Below, piece after piece: positions 38,301-50,567 of a DNA stretch of 64,000 nt. Position numbers and translations under genes: made by a program. Numbering within the stretch: the stretch's first letter is position 1; each line of letters opens with the position of its first letter. Source of the stretch: Nemertoderma westbladi (Eukaryota; Animalia; Xenacoelomorpha); NCBI GenBank assembly GCA_032718475.1, contig JAUCBJ010001674.1:1-64000 (forward strand). Direction: 5' to 3'. Under the pieces are notes generated by a model that saw nothing but the letters and a program-made list of their open reading frames with translations, was not told the DNA's origin and ran no database searches.

Positions 38301-39970
38301 ATGTAAATGTTGATGTTATGTTGATAGGATAAATGTAAATGTTGATAGGCTAAATGTAAATGTTGATAGGCTAAATGTAAATGTTGATAGGCTAAATGTA
38401 AATGTTGATAGGCTAAATGTAAATGTTGATAGGCTAAATGTAAATGTTGATAGGCTAAATGTAAATGTTGATAGGCTAAATGTAAATGTTGATAGGCTAA
38501 ATGTAAATGTTGATAGGCTAAATGTAAATGTTGATAGGCAAATGTAAATGTTGATAGGCTAAATGTAAATGTTGATAGGCTAAATGTTAATGTTGATAGG
38601 CTAAATGTTAATGTTGATAGGCTAAATGTTAATGTTGATAGGCTAAATGTTAATGTTGATAGGCTAAATGTTAATGTTGATAGGCTAAATGTAAATGTTG
38701 ATGTTATGTTGATAGGCTAAATGTTAATGTTGATGTTATGTTGATAGGCTAAATGTAAATGTTGATAGGCTAAATGTAAATGTTGATAGGCTAAATGTTA
38801 ATGTTGATAGGCTAAATGTTAATGTTGATAGGCTAAATGTTAATGTTGATAGGCTAAATGTTAATGTTGATAGGCTAAATGTAAATGTTGATAGGCTAAA
38901 TGTAAATGTTGATAGGCTAAATGTAAATGTTGATAGGCTAAATGTAAATGTTGATAGGCTAAATGTAAATGTTGATAGGCTAAATGTTAATGTTGATAGG
39001 CTAAATGTAAATGTTGATGTTATGTTGATAGGCTAAATGTTAATGTTGATAGGCTAAATGTAAATGTTGATAGGCTAAATGTTAATGTTGATAGGCTAAA
39101 TGTTAATGTTGATAGGCTAAATGTAAATGTTGATAGGCTAAATGTAAATGTTGATAGGCTAAATGTTAATGTTGATAGGCTAAATGTAAATGTTGATAGG
39201 CTAAATGTTAATGTTGATAGGCTAAATGTAAATGTTGATAGGCTAAATGTTAATGTTGATAGGCTAAATGTAAATGTTGATGTTATGTTGATAGGCTAAA
39301 TGTAAATGTTGATAGGCTAAATGTAAATGTTGATAGGCTAAATGTAAATGTTGATAGGCTAAATGTAAATGTTGATAGGCTAAATGTTAATGTTGATAGG
39401 CTAAATGTTAATGTTGATAGGCTAAATGTTAATGTTGATAGGCTAAATGTTAATGTTGATAGGCTAAATGTTAATGTTGATAGGCTAAATGTTAATGTTG
39501 ATAGGCTAAATGTTAATGTTGATAGGCTAAATGTAAATGTTGATGTTATGTTGATAGGCTAAATGTTAATGTTGATGTTATGTTGATAGGCTAAATGTAA
39601 ATGTTGATAGGCTAAATGTAAATGTTGATAGGCTAAATGTTAATGTTGATAGGCTAAATGTTAATTTTGATAGGCTAAATGTTAATGTTGATAGGCTAAA
39701 TGTTAATGTTGATAGGCTAAATGTAAATGTTGATAGGCTAAATGTAAATGTTGATAGGCTAAATGTTAATGTTGATAGGCTAAATGTAAATGTTGATAGG
39801 CTAAATGCAAATGTTGATAGGCTAAATGTAAATGTTGATAGGCTAAATGTTAATGTTGATAGGCTAAATGTTAATGTTGATAGGCTAAATGTAAATGTTG
39901 ATAGGCTAAATATAAATGTTGATAGGCTAAATGTTAATGTTGATGTTATGTTGATAGACTAAATGTTAAT
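17366..39970. repeat. 22.6 kb satellite, 21-bp monomer AAATGT(T/A)AATGTTGATAGGCT with a frequent +11-bp variant (GTTATGTTGAT); roughly 1000 monomers
   Basis: Directly visible. Confidence 0.99.
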
Positions 39971-40000
39971 AATGTTGCTTTGTAAATATTGTGTGATTGT

Positions 40001-40019
40001 CATTTTGTGGGCCACCGTA
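40001..40019. mobile_element. Probable IS3EU-like transposon terminus (reverse complement TACGGTGGCCCACAAAATG)
   Basis: CATTTTGTGGGCCACCGTA begins about 30 bp after the satellite and has a TAYGG-type end. No partner end found in the window. Confidence 0.45.
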
Positions 40020-40439
40020 AAGATTTACTTTGCTAATCAACACAAACGAAAGTAAGTTCTAAACAAAGTACTTACGGTTTATAGAGAAGATAATTAATAA
40101 TTAAAGGAAACATAATATTTGTCACTATATATATTACAGTGTATCATCTTCGCTGAAATTTACACAGAATATATTGTATCTACATCGTCAACTATTGTAA
40201 TTCATTTACTTAAATATAAAAATAATTCCATGAGTTTATAAATAACTATTTCAAAAACGTATTGTATCATTTACTATCCGCATATGCATTGGGCCCCAGG
40301 GAGACTAAACTGTTTGTATATTTCAGTTAATACAATGGCTGAGATAACCGCATTAAAACAAATCACTCAAAATACTACCAAACAATCAATGCACCACTAC
40401 TAAAAATTAGTGAACTAAGTGAAGTTGTCGCTAGTGACG

Positions 40440-40574
40440 TCACAGATCCATTAGCAATATGGTTGGGTCTTCCACTGCAGACTTGATCTTCTTTAGGAAG
40501 GTAACTGCCTCGCGGCCATCTATTAGTCTGTGGTCGTAGGTCAATGCGAGATACATCATTGGGCGAATAACAAC
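40440..40574 (-). CDS. DLST: DLST last coding exon (dihydrolipoyllysine-residue succinyltransferase, OGDH complex E2)
   Basis: Acceptor TTTCTATTAG, then [44 protein letters not shown], which contains the catalytic DHRxxDG motif. Confidence 0.97.
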   Translation of the reverse strand, partial: VVIRPMMYLALTYDHRLIDGREAVTFLKKIKSAVEDPTILLMDL

Positions 40575-40607
40575 CTAATAGAAACAGCTAGCTGTTAGCG
40601 CTGATAC

Positions 40608-43600
40608 ATAACAGAGGCGCGTATAGATAACAGAGTCGCGTATAGATAACAGAGGCCGTATAGATAACAGAGGCGCGTATAGATAACAGAGGCGGGTATA
40701 GATAACAGAGTCGCGTATAGATAACAGAGGCCGTATAGATAACAGAGGCGCGTATAGATAACAGAGGCGGGTATAGATAACAGAGGCGCGTATAGATAAC
40801 AGAGGGGCGTATAGATAACAGAGGCGGGTATAGATAACAGAGGCGGGTATAGATAACAGAGGGGCGTATAGATAACAGAGGCGGGTATAGATAACAGAGG
40901 CGGGTATAGATAACAGAGGCGGGTATAGATAACAGAGGCGGGTATAGATAACAGAGTCGGGTATAGATAACAGAGGCCGTATAGATAACAGAGGCGGGTA
41001 TAGATAACAGAGGCGCGTATAGATAACAGAGGCGGGTATAGATAACAGAGGCGGGTATAGATAACAGAGGCCGTATAGATAACAGAGGCGGGTATAGATA
41101 ACAGAGGCGGGTATAGATAACAGAGGCGGGTATAGATAACAGAGGCGCGTATAGATAACAGAGGCGGGTATAGATAACAGAGGCGGGTATAGATAACAGA
41201 GGCGGGTATAGATAACAGAGCGGTATAGATAACAGAGGCGTATAGATAACAGAGGCGGCGTATAGATAACAGAGGCGGGTATAGATAACAGAGGCGGGTA
41301 TAGATAACAGAGGGGCGTATAGATAACAGAGGCGGGTATAGATAACAGAGGCGGGTATAGATAACAGAGGCGGCGTATAGATAACAGAGGCGGGTATAGA
41401 TAACAGAGGCGGGTATAGATAACAGAGGCGGGTATAGATAACAGAGGCGGGTATAGATAACAGAGGCGGGTATAGATAACAGAGGCGCGTATAGATAACA
41501 GAGGCGGGTATAGATAACAGAGGCGCGTATAGATAACAGAGGCGCGTATAGATAACAGAGGCGGGTATAGATAACAGAGGCGGGTATAGATAACAGAGGC
41601 GCGTATAGATAACAGAGGCGGGTATAGATAACAGAGGCGGGTATAGATAACAGAGGCGGGTATAGATAACAGAGGCGGGTATAGATAACAGAGGCGGGTA
41701 TAGATAACAGAGGCGGGTATAGATAACAGAGGCGGGTATAGATAACAGAGGCGGGTATAGATAACAGAGGCGGCGTATAGATAACAGAGGCGGGTATAGA
41801 TAACAGAGGCGGGTATAGATAACAGAGGCGGCGTATAGATAACAGAGGCGGGTATAGATAACAGAGGCGGGTATAGATAACAGAGGCGGGTATAGATAAC
41901 AGAGGCGGGTATAGATAACAGAGGCGCGTATAGATAACAGAGGCGCGTATAGATAACAGAGGCGCGTATAGATAACAGAGGCGGGTATAGATAACAGAGG
42001 CGGGTATAGATAACAGAGGCGGGTATAGATAACAGAGGCGGGTATAGATAACAGAGGCGGGTATAGATAACAGAGGCGGGTATAGATAACAGAGGCCGTA
42101 TAGATAACAGAGGCGGGTATAGATAACAGAGGCGCGTATAGATAACAGAGGCGGGTATAGATAACAGAGGCGGGTATAGATAACAGAGGCGGCGTATAGA
42201 TAACAGAGGCGGGTATAGATAACAGAGGCGGGTATAGATAACAGAGGCGGGTATAGATAACAGAGGCGGGTATAGATAACAGAGGCGCGTATAGATAACA
42301 GAGGCGGGTATAGATAACAGAGGCGGGTATAGATAACAGAGGCGGGTATAGATAACAGAGGCGGGTATAGATAACAGAGGCGGGTATAGATAACAGAGGC
42401 GGGTATAGATAACAGAGGCGGGTATAGATAACAGAGGCGGGTATAGATAACAGAGGCGGCGTATAGATAACAGAGGCGGGTATAGATAACAGAGGCGCGT
42501 ATAGATAACAGAGGCGGGTATAGATAACAGAGGCGGGTATAGATAACAGAGGCGCGTATAGATAACAGAGGCGGGTATAGATAACAGAGGCGGGTATAGA
42601 TAACAGAGGCGGGTATAGATAACAGAGGCGGGTATAGATAACAGAGGCGCGTATAGATAACAGAGGGGCGTATAGATAACAGAGGCGGGTATAGATAACA
42701 GAGGCGGGTATAGATAACAGAGGCGGGTATAGATAACAGAGGCGGGTATAGATAACAGAGGCGGGTATAGATAACAGAGGGGCGTATAGATAACAGAGGC
42801 GGGTATAGATAACAGAGGCGCGTATAGATAACAGAGGGGCGTATAGATAACAGAGGCGGGTATAGATAACATAGGCGGGTATAGATAACAGAGGCGGGTA
42901 TAGATAACAGAGGCGGGTATAGATAACAGAGGCGGGTATAGATAACAGAGGCGGGTATAGATAACAGAGGCGGGTATAGATAACAGAGGGGCGTATAGAT
43001 AACAGAGGCGGGTATAGATAACAGAGGCGCGTATAGATAACAGAGGGGCGTATAGATAACAGAGGCGGGTATAGATAACAGAGGCGGGTATAGATAACAG
43101 AGGCGGGTATAGATAACAGAGGCGGGTATAGATAACAGAGGGGCGTATAGATAACAGAGGCGCGTATAGATAACAGAGGCGGGTATAGATAACAGAGGCG
43201 GGTATAGATAACAGAGGCGGGTATAGATAACAGAGGCACGTATAGATAACAGAGGCGGGTATAGATAACAGAGGCGGGTATAGATAACAGAGGCGCGTAT
43301 AGATAACAGAGGCGGGTATAGATAACAGAGGCGCGTATAGATAACAGAGGCGCGTATAGATAACAGATGGGCGTATAGATAACAGAGGCGCGTATAGATA
43401 ACAGAGGCGCGTATGGATAACAGAGGGGCGTATAGATAACAGAGGGGCGTATAGATAACAGAGGCGGGTATAGATAACAGAGGCGGGTATAGATAACAGA
43501 GGCGGGTATAGATAACAGAGGCGGGTATAGATAACAGAGGGGCGTATAGATAACAGAGGCGGGTATAGATAACAGAGGCGGGTATAGATAACAGAGGCGG

Positions 43601-45216
43601 GTATAGATAACAGAGGCGGGTATAGATAACAGAGGGGCGTATAGATAACAGAGGCGGGTATAGATAACAGAGGCGGGTATAGATAACAGAGGCGGGTATA
43701 GATAACAGAGGCGGGTATAGATAACAGAGGCGGGTATAGATAACAGAGGCGGGTATAGATAACAGAGGGGCGTATAGATAACAGAGGCGGGTATAGATAA
43801 CAGAGGCGGGTATAGATAACAGAGGCGGGTATAGATAACAGATGGGCGTATAGATAACAGAGGCGCGTATAGATAACAGAGGCGCGTATAGATAACAGAG
43901 GCGGGTATAGATAACAGAGGCGCGTATAGATAACAGAGGCGCGTATAGATAACAGATGGGCGTATAGATAACAGAGGCGGGTATAGATAACAGAGGCGCG
44001 TATAGATAACAGAGGGGCGTATAGATAACAGAGGCGGGTATAGATAACAGAGGCGGGTATAGATAACAGAGGCGGGTATAGATAACAGAGGCGGGTATAG
44101 ATAACAGAGGCGCGTATAGATAACAGAGGGGCGTATAGATAACAGAGGCGGGTATAGATAACAGAGGCGGGTATAGATAACAGAGGCGGGTATAGATAAC
44201 AGAGGCGGGTATAGATAACAGAGGCGGGTATAGATAACTGAGGCGGGTATAGATAACAGAGGCGGGTATAGATAACAGAGGCGCGTATAGATAACAGAGG
44301 CGCGTATAGATAACAGAGGCGCGTATAGATAACAGAGGCGCGTATAGATAACAGAGGCGGGTATAGATAACAGAGGCGCGTATAACAGAGGCGCGTATAA
44401 CAGAGGCGCGTATAGATAACAGAGGCGGGTATAGATAACAGAGGCGGGTATAGATAACAGAGGCGGGTATAGATAACAGAGGCGGGTATAGATAACAGAG
44501 GCGGGTATAGATAACAGAGGCGGGTATAGATAACAGAGGCGCGTATAGATAACAGAGGCGCGTATAGATAACAGAGGCGCGTATAGATAACAGAGGCGCG
44601 TATAGATAACAGAGGCGGGTATAGATAACAGAGGCGCGTATAACAGAGGCGCGTATAACAGAGGCGCGTATAGATAACAGAGGCGGGTATAGATAACAGA
44701 GGCGGGTATAGATAACAGAGGGGCGTATAGATAACAGAGGCGGGTATAGATAACAGAGGCGGGTGTAGATAACAGAGGCGGGTATAACAGAGGCGCGTAT
44801 AGATAACAGAGGCGCGTATAGATAACAGAGGGGCGTATAGATAACAGAGGCGGGTATAGATAACAGATGGGCGTATAGATAACAGAGGCGCGTATAGATA
44901 ACAGAGGGGCGTATAGATAACAGAGGCGGGTATAGATAACAGAGGCGGGTGTAGATAACAGAGGCGCGTATAACAGAGGCGCGTATAGATAACAGAGGCG
45001 CGTATAGATAACAGAGGCGCGTATAGATAACAGAGGCGCGTATAGATAACAGAGGCGCGTATAGATAACAGAGGCGGGTATAGATAACAGAGGCGCGTAT
45101 AACAGAGGCGCGTATAACAGAGGCGCGTATAGATAACAGAGGCGGGTATAGATAACAGAGGCGGGTGTAGATAACAGAGGCGGGTATAACAGAGGGGCGT
45201 ATAGATAACAGAAGCC
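40608..45216. repeat. 4.6 kb minisatellite, 19-bp monomer GTATAGATAACAGAGGCG(G/C), about 240 copies, filling the last DLST intron (40575-45361)
   Basis: Directly visible. Confidence 0.99.
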
Positions 45217-45361
45217 ACCGTTATAGAACCAGAGATAAAAGATATATCTGAAAATACTATCCTGTATATCTGCAATTTACATTCCCTTCACTCGCCACCA
45301 ATCTATCGTAGATTTATACCATGACCAACAACTGTATATATTAGGTTATGTTTATACTTAC

Positions 45362-45529
45362 ATTCCCTTCTCTCGCTACCGGTCTATCCTGCACTGCATG
45401 CATCCCCAGGATGGCGCTCTGAGGTAGGTTTATTATCGGAGTACCGAACATTGACCCAAACACTCCGCCATTACTGATTGTGAAAGTGCCTCCCTCCATA
45501 TCGTCCACCTCCAATGTGTTGGTTCGCGC
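45362..45529 (-). CDS. DLST: DLST penultimate coding exon (168 bp, phase 0/0)
   Basis: TTTTTAG|[56 protein letters not shown]|GTAAGT. Confidence 0.97.
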
Positions 45530-45600
45530 CTAAAAACAATCGGCATATAAAATTCGTATTGACAATGATACAGGAATAGGAAACCAAACAAAAGCGATTA

Positions 45601-46219
45601 GTGGGCGAGTCACGAAGTGAGCGAAGCCTTAGTATATGGGTGCCATTAACGAGTTGTCTGTCGTCGTCGCCGTAAATTTTTGATCGCTAATAACTCGGTC
45701 ATTTCTAGATGAAAATAAACGAAACTTGGTACGTTTGTAGTCCGGCAAAAGTATAGAAAGAATCGGAAGTTTGGTAAAAACGAACGAACGACGAACGAAC
45801 GAACGCAACGAGTTCACAGTGGATACGAGTATCCATCTGCCATAAATCAGCAGCTACTCTCACAGTTTCGAGACTTTGCACAGTTATAAAGGTCGTTAGT
45901 CTCCGTTTAGGGAAATTATTTTAAGACAAAACAGGACGAGCGCAACGAGGCTAATGAAGGAGAAGAGTATTATAAAACTAAAAATGTCATACTTAACTTA
46001 AATAGCTCTATTTAGAAGGTTTACAAATGACAGTTAAAGTGTGTAAGGGCGGGCAAACTGATATGGATCTTTATTTTTACAACTAGTTTATCACAAACTG
46101 ATAGCATCGCCTTCACTCATATATATTTTGCGATTGACGGCTTTCGTATATCTAATAGGGATGAGTATAATATACTTTCTAATATAGGCTCCAGTGCTGC
46201 ACGAAGGCCTCACGAACGT
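45601..46219. mobile_element. Shorter, diverged Helitron/Helentron-type copy in the opposite orientation, inside a DLST intron
   Basis: Starts GTGGGCGAGTCACGAAGTGAG and ends GTGCTGCACGAAGGCCTCACGAACGT, the reverse complements of the termini at 5076-9445. The block near 45855-45970 is the reverse complement of about 6700-6830. Confidence 0.8.
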
Positions 46220-46672
46220 GTTCTAACAGACAAGAAGTCAAAAACCTTAAAATATTGTCCCAACATATAAATAACAATTCAATGAGACCCATAAAGTGCA
46301 TGCAACAAAAGTTGCCAGTTAAAGACATTCACATGATCGGCAGGTTTCGAAGCAGCTGTGGGTTACATGCTATATGGCACCAGTAGGGAATATATAAGCT
46401 CTAAAGGGAGAAGAAACATGTACCAAGAAAAGAAAGTTAGAAGCATAAGTAACTAACCACTGCACTGGGAAGCAAGACAACATACTTAGTACTTATTACT
46501 TTAATTTAAAATGATAGCAATTATTTAACTCATACCAGAGTGTGTTTGACGAACAACTTATTCAGTTGCGGCTGCGAACCTTACTACTCACTGGTGTATC
46601 ATCATACTCAGTGTTAAAGGATATTAATTGATTGATCCATGTAGGTACCATGGCAACAATAAGGCAACTAAC

Positions 46673-46830
46673 CTTGGCAACCAGGTCAGCGATAGCCTTC
46701 TCTATATTCACGTAGTTCATATTCTCAACATTTCTTACGACCGGAACCACAAGTCCTTTAGGGGCAGCAACAGCCACAGATATATCGATGTAATCCCGGT
46801 ACACAATCTCATTGGAATCGTGGTCAATCA
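46673..46830 (-). CDS. DLST: DLST internal coding exon (158 bp, phase 1/0)
   Basis: TTTTTTTCTATAG|(V)[52 protein letters not shown]|GTTAGT; splices in frame to the next exon. Confidence 0.96.
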
Positions 46831-46851
46831 CTATAGAAAAAAAACGAATAT

Positions 46852-49800
46852 TATTGGTTAATATCCCCTTTGATACTAACCTGCATTTACTATTGGTTAA
46901 TCTTCCCTTTGATACTAATCTGCGTTTACTATTGGTTAATCTTTCCTGTGATACTAACCTGCGTTTACTATTGGTTAATCTTCCCTTTGATACTAATCTG
47001 CGTTTACTATTGGTTAATCTTTCCTGTGATACTAACCTGCGTTTACTATTGGTTAATCTTCCCTTTGATACTAATCTGCGTTTACTATTGGTTAATCTTT
47101 CCTGTGATACTAACCTGCGTTTACTATTGGTTAATCTTCCCTTTGATACTAACCTGCGTTTACTATTGGTTAATATTTCCTTTGATACTAACCTGCGTTT
47201 ACTATTGGTTAATCTTTCCTTTGATACTAACCTGCGTTTACTATTGGTTAATCTCCCCTTTGATACTAACCTGCGTTTACTATTGGTTAATCTTCCCTTT
47301 GATACTAATCTGCGTTTACTATTGGTTAATCTTTCCTGTGATACTAACCTGCGTTTACTATTAGTTAATCTTCCCTTTGATACTAATCTGCGTTTACTAT
47401 TGGTTAATCTTTCCTGTGATACTAACCTGCGTTTACTATTGGTTAATCTTCCCTTTGATACTAATCTGCGTTTACTATTGGTTAATCTTCCCTTTGATAC
47501 TAACCTGCGTTTACTATTGGTTAATCTTCCCTTTGATACTAATCTGCGTTTACTATTGGTTAATCTTTCCTGTGATACTAACCTGCGTTTACTATTGGTT
47601 AATCTTCCCTTTGATACTAATCTGCGTTTACTATTGGTTAATCTTCCCTTTGATACTAACCTGCGTTTACTATTGGTAAATCTTTCCTTTGATACTAACC
47701 TGCGTTTACTATTGGATAATCTTCCCTTTGATACTAATCGGCGTTTACTATTGGTTAATCGTTCCTTTGATACTAACCTGCATTTACTATTGGCTAATCT
47801 TCCCTTTGATACTAACCTGCGTTTACTATTAGTTAATCTTCCCATTGATACTAACCTGCGTTTACTATTGGTTAATCGTTCCTTTGATACTAATCTGCGT
47901 TTACTATTGGTTAATCTTCCCTTTGACACTAACCTGCGTTTGCTATTGGTTAATCGTTCCTTTGATACTAACCTGCGTTTACTATTGGATAATCTTCCCT
48001 TTGATACTAATCGGCGTTTACTATTGGTTAATCGTTCCTTTGATACTAACCTGCATTTACTATTGGCTAATCTTCCCTAAGATACTAACCTGCGTTTACT
48101 ATTAGTTAATCTTCCCATTGATACTAACCTGCGTTTACTATTGGTTAATCGTTCCTTTGATACTAACCTGCGTTTACTATTAGTTAATCTTTCCTTTGAT
48201 ACTAACCTGCGTTTAATATTGGTTAATCGTTCATTTGATACTAACCTGCGTTTACTATTGGTTAATCTTTCCTTTGATACTAACCTGCGTTTACTATTGG
48301 TTAATCTTCCCTTTGATACTAACCTGCGTTTACTATTGGTTAATCTTCCCTTTGATACTAACCTGCGTTTACTATTGGTTAATCTTCCCTTTGATACTAA
48401 CCTGCGTTTACTATTGGTTAATCTTCCCTTTGATACTAACCTACGTTTACTATTGGCTATTCTTCCCTTTGATACTAACCTGCGTTTACTATTGGTTAAT
48501 CTTCCCTTTGATACTAACCTGCGTTTACTATTGGTTAATCTTCCCTTTGATACTAACCTGCGTTTACTATTGGTTAATCTTCCCTTTGATACTAACCTGC
48601 GTTTACTATTGGCTATTCTTCCCTTTGATACTAACCTGCGTTTACTATTGGCTATTCTTCCCTTTGATACTAACCTGCGTTTACTATTGGTTAATCTTCC
48701 CTTTGATACTAACCTGCGTTTACTATTGGCTATTCTTCCCTTTGATACTAACCTGCGTTTACTATTGGTTAATCGTCCCTTTGATACTAACCTGCGTTTA
48801 CTATTGGTTAATCTTTCCTGTGATACTAACCTGCGTTTACTATTGGTTAATCTTCCCTTTGATACTAACCTGCGTTTACTATTGGCTAATCTTCCCTTTG
48901 ATACTAACCTGCGTTTACTATTGGTTAATCTTCCCTTTGATACTAACCTGCGTTTACTATTGGTTAATCGTTCCTTTGATACTAACCTGCGTTTACTATT
49001 GGTTAATCTTCCCTTTGATACTAACCTGCGTTTACTATTGGCTAATCTTCCCTTTGATACTAACCTGAGTTTACTATTGGTTAATCTTCCCCTTGATACT
49101 AACCTGCGTTTACTATTGGTTAATCTTTCCTTTGATACTAACCTGCGTTTACTATTGGTTAATCTTCCCTTTGATACTAACCTGCGTTTACTATTGGCTA
49201 ATCTTCCCTTTGATACTAACCTGCGTTTATTATTGGTTAATCTTCCCTTTGATACTAACCTGCGTTTACTATTGGTTAATCTTCCCTTTGATACTAACCT
49301 GCGTTTACTATTGGTTAATCGTTCCTTTGATACTAACCTGCGTTTACTATTGGTTAATCTCCCCTTTGATACTAACCTGTGTTTACTATTGGTTAATCTT
49401 CCTTTTGATACTAACCTGCGTTTACTATTGGTTAATCTTCCCTTTGATACTAACCTGCGTTTACTATTGGTTAATCTTCCCTTTGATACTAACCTGCGTT
49501 TACTATTGGTTAATCGTTCCTTTGATACTAACCTGCATTTACTATTGGCTAATCTTCCCTTTGATACTAACCTGCGTTTACTATTAGTTAATCTTCCCTT
49601 TGATTCTAACCTGCGTTTACTATTGGTTAATCTTCCCTTTGATACTAACCTGCGTTTACTATTGGTTAATCTTCCCTTTGATACTAACCTGCGTTTACTA
49701 TTGGTTAATCTTTCCTTTGATACTAACCTGCGTTTACTATTGGTTAATCTTCCCTTTGATACTAATCTGCGTTTACTATTGGTTAATCGTTCCTTTGATA

Positions 49801-50567
49801 CTAACCGGCGTTTACTATTGGTTAATCTTCCCTTTGATACTAACCTGCGTTTACTATTGGTTAATCTTCCCTTTGATACTAACCTGCGTTTACTATTGGT
49901 TAATCTTCCCTTTGATACTAACCTGCGTTTACTATTGGTTAATCGTTCATTTGATACTAACCTGCGTTTACTATTGGTTAATCTTTCCTTTGATACAAAC
50001 CTGCGTTTACTAATGGTTAATCTTCCCTTTGATACTAACCTGCGTTTACTATTGGTTAATCTTCCCTTTGATACTAATCTGCGTTTACTATTGGTTAATC
50101 TTTCCTTTGATACTAACCTGCGTTTACTATTAGTTAATCTTTCCTTTGATACTAACCTGCGTTTACTAATGGTTAATCTTCCCTTTGATACTAACCTGCG
50201 TTTACTATTAGTTAATCTTTCCTTTGATACTAACCTGCGTTTACTATTGGTTAATCTTCCCTTTGATACTAACCTGCGTTTACTATTGGTTAATCTTCCC
50301 TTTGATTCTAACCTGCGTTTACTATTGGTTAATCTTCCCTTTGATACTAACCTGCGTTTACTATTGGTTAATCTTCCCTTTGATACTAACCTGCGTTTAC
50401 TATTGGTTAATCTTCCCTTTGATACTAACCTGCGTTTACTATTGGCTATTCTTCCCTTTGATACTAACCTGCGTTTACTATTGGTTAATATTCCCTTTGA
50501 TACTAACCTGCGTTTACTATTGGTTAATCTTCCCTTTGATACTAACCTGCGTTTACTATTAGTTAAT
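46852..50567. repeat. 3.7 kb minisatellite, 39-bp monomer, about 95 copies; on the minus strand ACCAATAGTAAACGCAG|GTTAGTATCAAAGGGAAGATTA
   Basis: Directly visible; the monomer corresponds to a DLST exon end plus splice donor. Confidence 0.98.

Noticed and set aside
40575-45275. 1566-aa and 883-aa ORFs (PASVIYTRLCYLYPPLLSI repeats)
   Set aside because: Translations of a stop-free 19-bp minisatellite inside a DLST intron; non-ATG starts and no protein features.
45281-45331. Possible 51-nt alternative micro-exon using the duplicated donor
   Set aside because: Contains an in-frame TAA and would need a 30-nt upstream intron.
46644-46657. X-box-like GGTACCATGGCAAC in a DLST intron (similar half-sites near 56521 and 57247)
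   Set aside because: Imperfect, not near a promoter, and such motifs recur in this window, which also tempers the X-box call at 13280.
17366-50567. Regular repeats as possible CRISPR arrays or telomeric repeats
   Set aside because: No unique spacers, no cas genes, eukaryotic context, and the monomers are not telomere-like.
46852-50567. TACTAAC (yeast branch-point consensus) in most monomers on the plus strand
   Set aside because: It is simply the reverse complement of the GTTAGTA donor on the DLST strand; no plus-strand gene is evident.
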